64,000 bases of DNA from Torpedo marmorata (Eukaryota), in NCBI GenBank assembly GCA_977017645.1, contig OZ360231.1, positions 63,240,001-63,304,000 of the forward strand, written 5' to 3'. Of this stretch, positions 59,091-64,000 are shown one piece after another (positions within the stretch are counted from its first letter, which is position 1; the number at the start of each line of letters is the position of its first letter). The notes under the pieces are model-generated. The model had not been told where the DNA came from. It worked only from the letters and a program-made list of their open reading frames with translations, and did no database searches. The translations under genes and the position numbers were made by a program.

Positions 59091-60149
59091 AGGTGTTGGC
59101 ATCATGTGGCCCCAGTGTCAACTGTCATCTTTAGGGGAAGGTGTTGGTATCATGTGGCCCCAGTGTCAACTGTCATCTTTAGGGGAAGGTGTTGGTATCA
59201 TGTGACCCCAGTGTCAACTGTCATCTTTAGGGGAAGGTGTTGGTATCATGTGACCCCAGTGTCAACTGTCATCTTTAGGGGAAGGTGTTGGTATCATGTG
59301 ACCCCAGTGTCAACTGTCATCTTTAGGGGAAGGTGTTGGTATCATGTGACCCCAGTGTCAACTGTCATCTTTAGGGGAAGGTGTTGGTATCATGTGACCC
59401 CAGTGTCAACTGTCATCTTTAGGGGAAGGTGTTGGTATCATGTGACCCCAGTGTCAACTGTCACCTTTAGGGGAAGGTGTTGGTATCATGTGACCCCAGT
59501 GTCAACTGTCACCTTTAGGGGAAGGTGTTGGTATCATGTGACCCCAGTGTCAACTGTCACCTTTAGGGGAAGGTGTTGGTATCATGTGACCCCAGTGTCA
59601 ACTGTCACCTTTAGGGGAAGGTGTTGGTATCATGTGACCCCAGTGTCAACTGTCATCTTTAGGGGAAGGTGTTGGTATCATGTGACCCCAGTGTCAACTG
59701 TCACCTTTAGGGGAAGGTGTTGGTATCATGTGGCCCCAGTGTCAACTGTCATCTTTAGGGGAAGGTGTTGGTATCATGTGACCCCAGTGTCAACTGTCAT
59801 CTTTAGGGGAAGGTGTTGGTATCATGTGACCCCAGTGTCAACTGTCACCTTTAGGGGAAGGTGTTGGTATCATGTGACCCCAGTGTCAACTGTCACCTTT
59901 AGGGGAAGGTGTTGGTATCATGTGACCCCAGTGTCAACTGTCACCTTTAGGGGAAGGTGTTGGTATCATGTGACCCCAGTGTCAACTGTCACCTTTAGGG
60001 GAAGGTGTTGGTATCATGTGACCCCAGTGTCAACTGTCACCTTTAGGGGAAGGTGTTGGTATCATGTGGCCCCAGTGTCAACTGTCACCTTTAGGGGAAG
60101 GTGTTGGTATCATGTGACCCCAGTGTCAACTGTCATCTTTAGGGGAAGA
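59091..60149. repeat. Intronic minisatellite, 48-bp unit (about 22 copies)
   Basis: AGGTGTTGGTATCATGTG(A/G)CCCCAGTGTCAACTGTCA(T/C)CTTTAGGGGA. Confidence 0.97.
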
Positions 60150-60257
60150 AAACAACACAATTTGTTTTAAATTATTTGCATAGAATAATTAAAAAGATTC
60201 ATTTGCAAAGATACATTCAGAAACAACAGAATTTAATGCATACTTGGCAAAACGTAC

Positions 60258-60623
60258 CCTTTAAATTCACAGTAGCTTCATAATTTCCACGACTATCTTT
60301 ATCCGTACTAGGTGTTTGGCATTGATATTCCCCTTCATCTCCAAATTGGGCACTTTTGAAGTGCAGCTCAACAGAGTTGTCACTGAGCCTCTGCACCCAA
60401 ATCTCATTTTTTAGTACTTTCTCCAAGTATTCAGGATCTGAAAATTCAGGTTCCAATGTGCTGATGATCTTTAACCGACGGTGGTTGTGAGACACAAACC
60501 AATCAAAATTTTGTTCCGATGGTCCTTGATAATCACTGACATTGCAGGAAATGCTCACTGGAGTTTTCACCACACGATACAGAGGACCAATCGGGACTTT
60601 GACAATGCGTCCCAAGGTGAGTC
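60258..60623 (-). CDS. PTGFRN: PTGFRN exon, Ig-V1 (first coding exon seen in window)
   Basis: RIVKVPIGPLYRVVKTPVSISCNVSDYQGPSEQNFDWF...DEGEYQCQTPSTD...GNYEATVNLK matches recalled PTGFRN CNVSDYDGPSEQNFDW...CSTPSTD...GNYEDTV; AG/GT, 366 bp. Confidence 0.93.
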
Positions 60624-63600
60624 CTGCAAGCAGAAAAATTAGCTGAAATGAACAGTCTCCAAATGAGATGCAAATTATTTGGCAAGATGACAATTCACTT
60701 TATCAATGCTAACATGAATTCTACAAGTGACTGCAAATGGGAAACAACATAATGGACTAAATTACTGCAATTTAACTGCTAGATTTAATTTGTGGCGTAT
60801 CTGGCACATAACCAGACACATGCGAAGTATGTTTTTAAAAGCATTTACTGGGACTACAGTTACTATTGCTAGCACATCCCTAATTTCAAAAGGTACAACT
60901 TCCCATCAGGATCAACATCATGTGTTTCTTCAGAGACAACTCTGGTTACAAGTGAATGCAGTGAATTTATCATTAAATTAGCCACCTGCCTCACATGGTT
61001 ATCTAAAATTCTGATGTGACTAATTGTCTTTCTGATTTGTAACAGGCTCCATTATTCAGGATGTTATCTCCGCACTTAAAAGCTATACCCTGGTTTTCTT
61101 TATTCTTCAAGTTATGCAAAGCTGAGGCAATGCACATTAATCATTTGAATAAGATAGGAATCATAGCAAAAACAACGTACTGTAATGGGCCATATTTTAC
61201 TACAATGGGTCAATTAATAAGGTTTTCCATATGGGTTTAAAATATTGCACTGGAAATTGCTGAAAGTACAAGCTGATAATGTAACTGAGGAAAACCAGGA
61301 CTGAGTGAGCAGATCAAGTAGCTGTGCATATCCTTAAACAATCAAATTAAAGGACTGCAACATTTAAAATGCAAGGACTGCCATGTCAAATCAGTACAGG
61401 ATACGTATGATAGGGAGGGAGGAGCTGCACAGAAAATGCTTATCTTACATTTTACATTTATAAAATTTGCAGTTATTGAAATCCATAGTTATTAGAATAG
61501 AGTCATAATGTTTTTCAGTTTTCAATGTCACACAAGATTTTTGACAGCAAATACGATTCATTACATGGGTACTTGGGTAGAAGCTGACAAGATTTAACAG
61601 TGTCAAATTTAATTTCCGTCTACCATACACCAACTTCATTACACTGAATTGGACTGCTGAAACAAACAATAAGATGCCATTTAACAGAACTTCTAGATTT
61701 TCCACACTTCATTCTCCATTTCCCCTTGCCTGAAGCTGCTGGAACATTTACTCAAAGAGTCATTCGTCTCCCTGATATTTAAAAAAAATGGAACAAGAAC
61801 TTCAGAACAGACGAGATAAAAATACAGTGCCTGTTTAGACTCTTGAATAAACACCATCAACTCACACGCAGTTCAACAGAATTAAATTTTACAAGTCTAT
61901 TGTCATCCATAAAATTTCACCATTTGATAGTTTTCAGATGTTATAATTATTAAAAATCCACACAGGCGAAAATGGGAGACTTGACTGCACTTCATAGCAA
62001 AGTACATCAGAATATAAACTAAAGTTGGTAATCATTTATCCTCACCACTAAAATGAAGGCTTCTGTTGAGCTTATAAAGACCACCTCAAGATTTGTGCCT
62101 TTGACCACATTATTCTGTCTGTCCCCACTCTGAGCTTCAAATCTCTTCATTTCCTGAACAACTGACTCAATAATAAACACCACCTTTTAAATGATCCATT
62201 GTAACCTCAAGTTTTGATTTTTCCACTTGAATAAGATAACATGCCATCAGCAACACAAGAGTGAGGGCACTCAGACTAAAAAAGTCTACTGCTGAAAGAA
62301 TGCACATGAAAGGATAGGTGAGCTTTCTTGCCTCCCAATCAAGACAAAGCAGCAATAAAAAAAAGTATTTGATGAACCGTGGACAGTATTCCGTGTCAAA
62401 TTTTATTGCACATTAATAATTAGTGTCCCAGGTTACCAAATTATATAAGATTAAAACTTTTTGTAGTATTGCATACCACAAAAGAAAATCAAACACAGAA
62501 CTCAGCTCAGCAGGAGACTGAGCAGTCACTTCACAAGATGCCCAACTCCTGTGGATAAGGAAATCTTGTAGATTGCTTTAGCTTTTATAAAAAAATGTAT
62601 TACGATGAAATTACTATGTTATCTTTTTTTTGTGGCTTGGTTCTTTTTATATCTATTGGTATTATAATACTAAATTGTAAAGAAAAAAAATTGATATATA
62701 TCTGTAATGTAATGTATGGGTGGATAATGGAACATGTGGCAATGCTTTTCTTTGCTTTTTCTCTGTGAACGTATATAGTGAATGAACTGTTATATCCATG
62801 ATTTTATGGAATTAATAAAGAGATTTTAAAAAGAAAAGGAAATCTTGTACATCCTTGCTGCAACACCATTTTCATGGCAAATATTTATACACCAATATTT
62901 AAATATCAGTCTGCAAAATATACCTCAAAAAAAAAAATCACTCATGTAATTCATATGCAAGAGAGACCACTGAATTGAATCGTCACATGTACCGGAACAC
63001 AGTGAAAAACCGTTTTGGCCTCTATCCAGGCAAGTCAACCTATGTCCGAATAAAACATGTAGTGCAAAATGGAACAAAAGTTCAGAGTATACCATTCCAG
63101 AGAAAAAAGTTCAGTTAAACAGTGCAAGGGCAGCGCAATTTTACAAATGACAAAATTGGCCTTCTCTACTTTTTACTCTTACTATGTATCTATTAATCAA
63201 TGATTATTTACTATGTATCCATTGAACAATTTACTATGTAACAATTTACTGTGTATCATGAGTGGATGTGTACGGAGGGATGGTTTACTCTGAATAATTG
63301 TGTGAAGGATTCTGTATAACAAGGGGTTAATGGCTTTTGTAGAGAGCAAAGCTGCTTTTGGTTTGACTATGATTTAGGTAGAAATCCTTACTTATCACAT
63401 ATTTGAAACCTTATTAATTAGTATTTTAATATGGCATATTTGCGGTAAGCATTACTTCATTTAATTAGCATTTTAATATAACTTATCTGTAGTAAGCATT
63501 TGTGACCTTCACTAGAGGCTGGTACTTCCTGAGACATAGATACACAGGGTGGCCTTGGATGTGGTTGCCGCAAACAGGAATGTAGTTGCCTTAGCAACCA

Positions 63601-63714
63601 ACACATCCTTAAAACAAGTTAATTAAATTTCTTCGAGCAACCTTGGAACAAGATAACTCAAACAAACTAGCACAGAGTGTTATCACAATCTCCCCAATAC
63701 TGCTGAGATATCAA

Positions 63715-64000
63715 AGAAGTCACAGGATTTAAATGGGCTAAAGAAGGAATTAAATATTTGGGAGTTAAAGTAGTTACAAAATTGGAAAATTTATATAAAT
63801 TAAATTATATACCTTTATTTCAGAAAATAAAGAATGATTTGGAGAATTGGAAAGATTTACCTATAACTTTAATGGGAAGAGTGAATTGTATTAAAATGAA
63901 TATTTTTCCAAGAGTTCAATACCTTTTTCAATCTATTCCTTTTGGAATTCCTCAAAAATTTTGTAAAGATTTAAAAATTATTATTAGGAAATTTTTATGG
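63715..64000 (+). mobile_element. L1-clade LINE ORF2 fragment, same family as 27273-29289, runs off window
   Basis: TTTAAATGGGCTAAAGAAGGAATTAAATATTTGGGAGTTAA and following sequence closely match 27513-27785. Confidence 0.88.

Noticed and set aside
59106-60170. 354-aa repetitive ORF as a gene
   Set aside because: It is a translation of a 48-bp minisatellite whose length is a multiple of three; it is intronic and antisense to PTGFRN.
60624-64000. PTGFRN signal-peptide exon 1
   Set aside because: No convincing ATG-hydrophobic exon with a phase-1 donor or CpG island; probably beyond the window.

Overview
Vertebrate genomic DNA, most likely a cartilaginous fish (inferred from V-SINE/HE1-like tRNA SINEs, abundant Penelope-like elements, CR1/L2/RTE/Rex1 relics and L1). 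The right third holds eight coding exons of an intact PTGFRN (EWI-F/CD9P-1) gene on the minus strand: six Ig-V domains, a transmembrane segment and a tail. The signal-peptide exon was not found in the window. The left two thirds is a transposon-rich interval. It contains a very young BEL/Pao LTR element (621-bp LTRs, TSD TGTCC) whose RT/RNaseH/integrase core is replaced by an open coiled-coil segment that closely resembles the host gene MIPOL1. It also contains a pogo-type DNA transposon with arrays of its own TIR core, an inverted Penelope insertion split by an L1, a LINE/hAT/hAT/Penelope nest, and what look like decayed Ig-V exons of a second EWI-family paralogue. Two large intronic minisatellites (27 bp and 48 bp units) and a 5S-rRNA-derived SINE lie in PTGFRN introns. 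Homology calls are from recalled protein motifs, not database searches.
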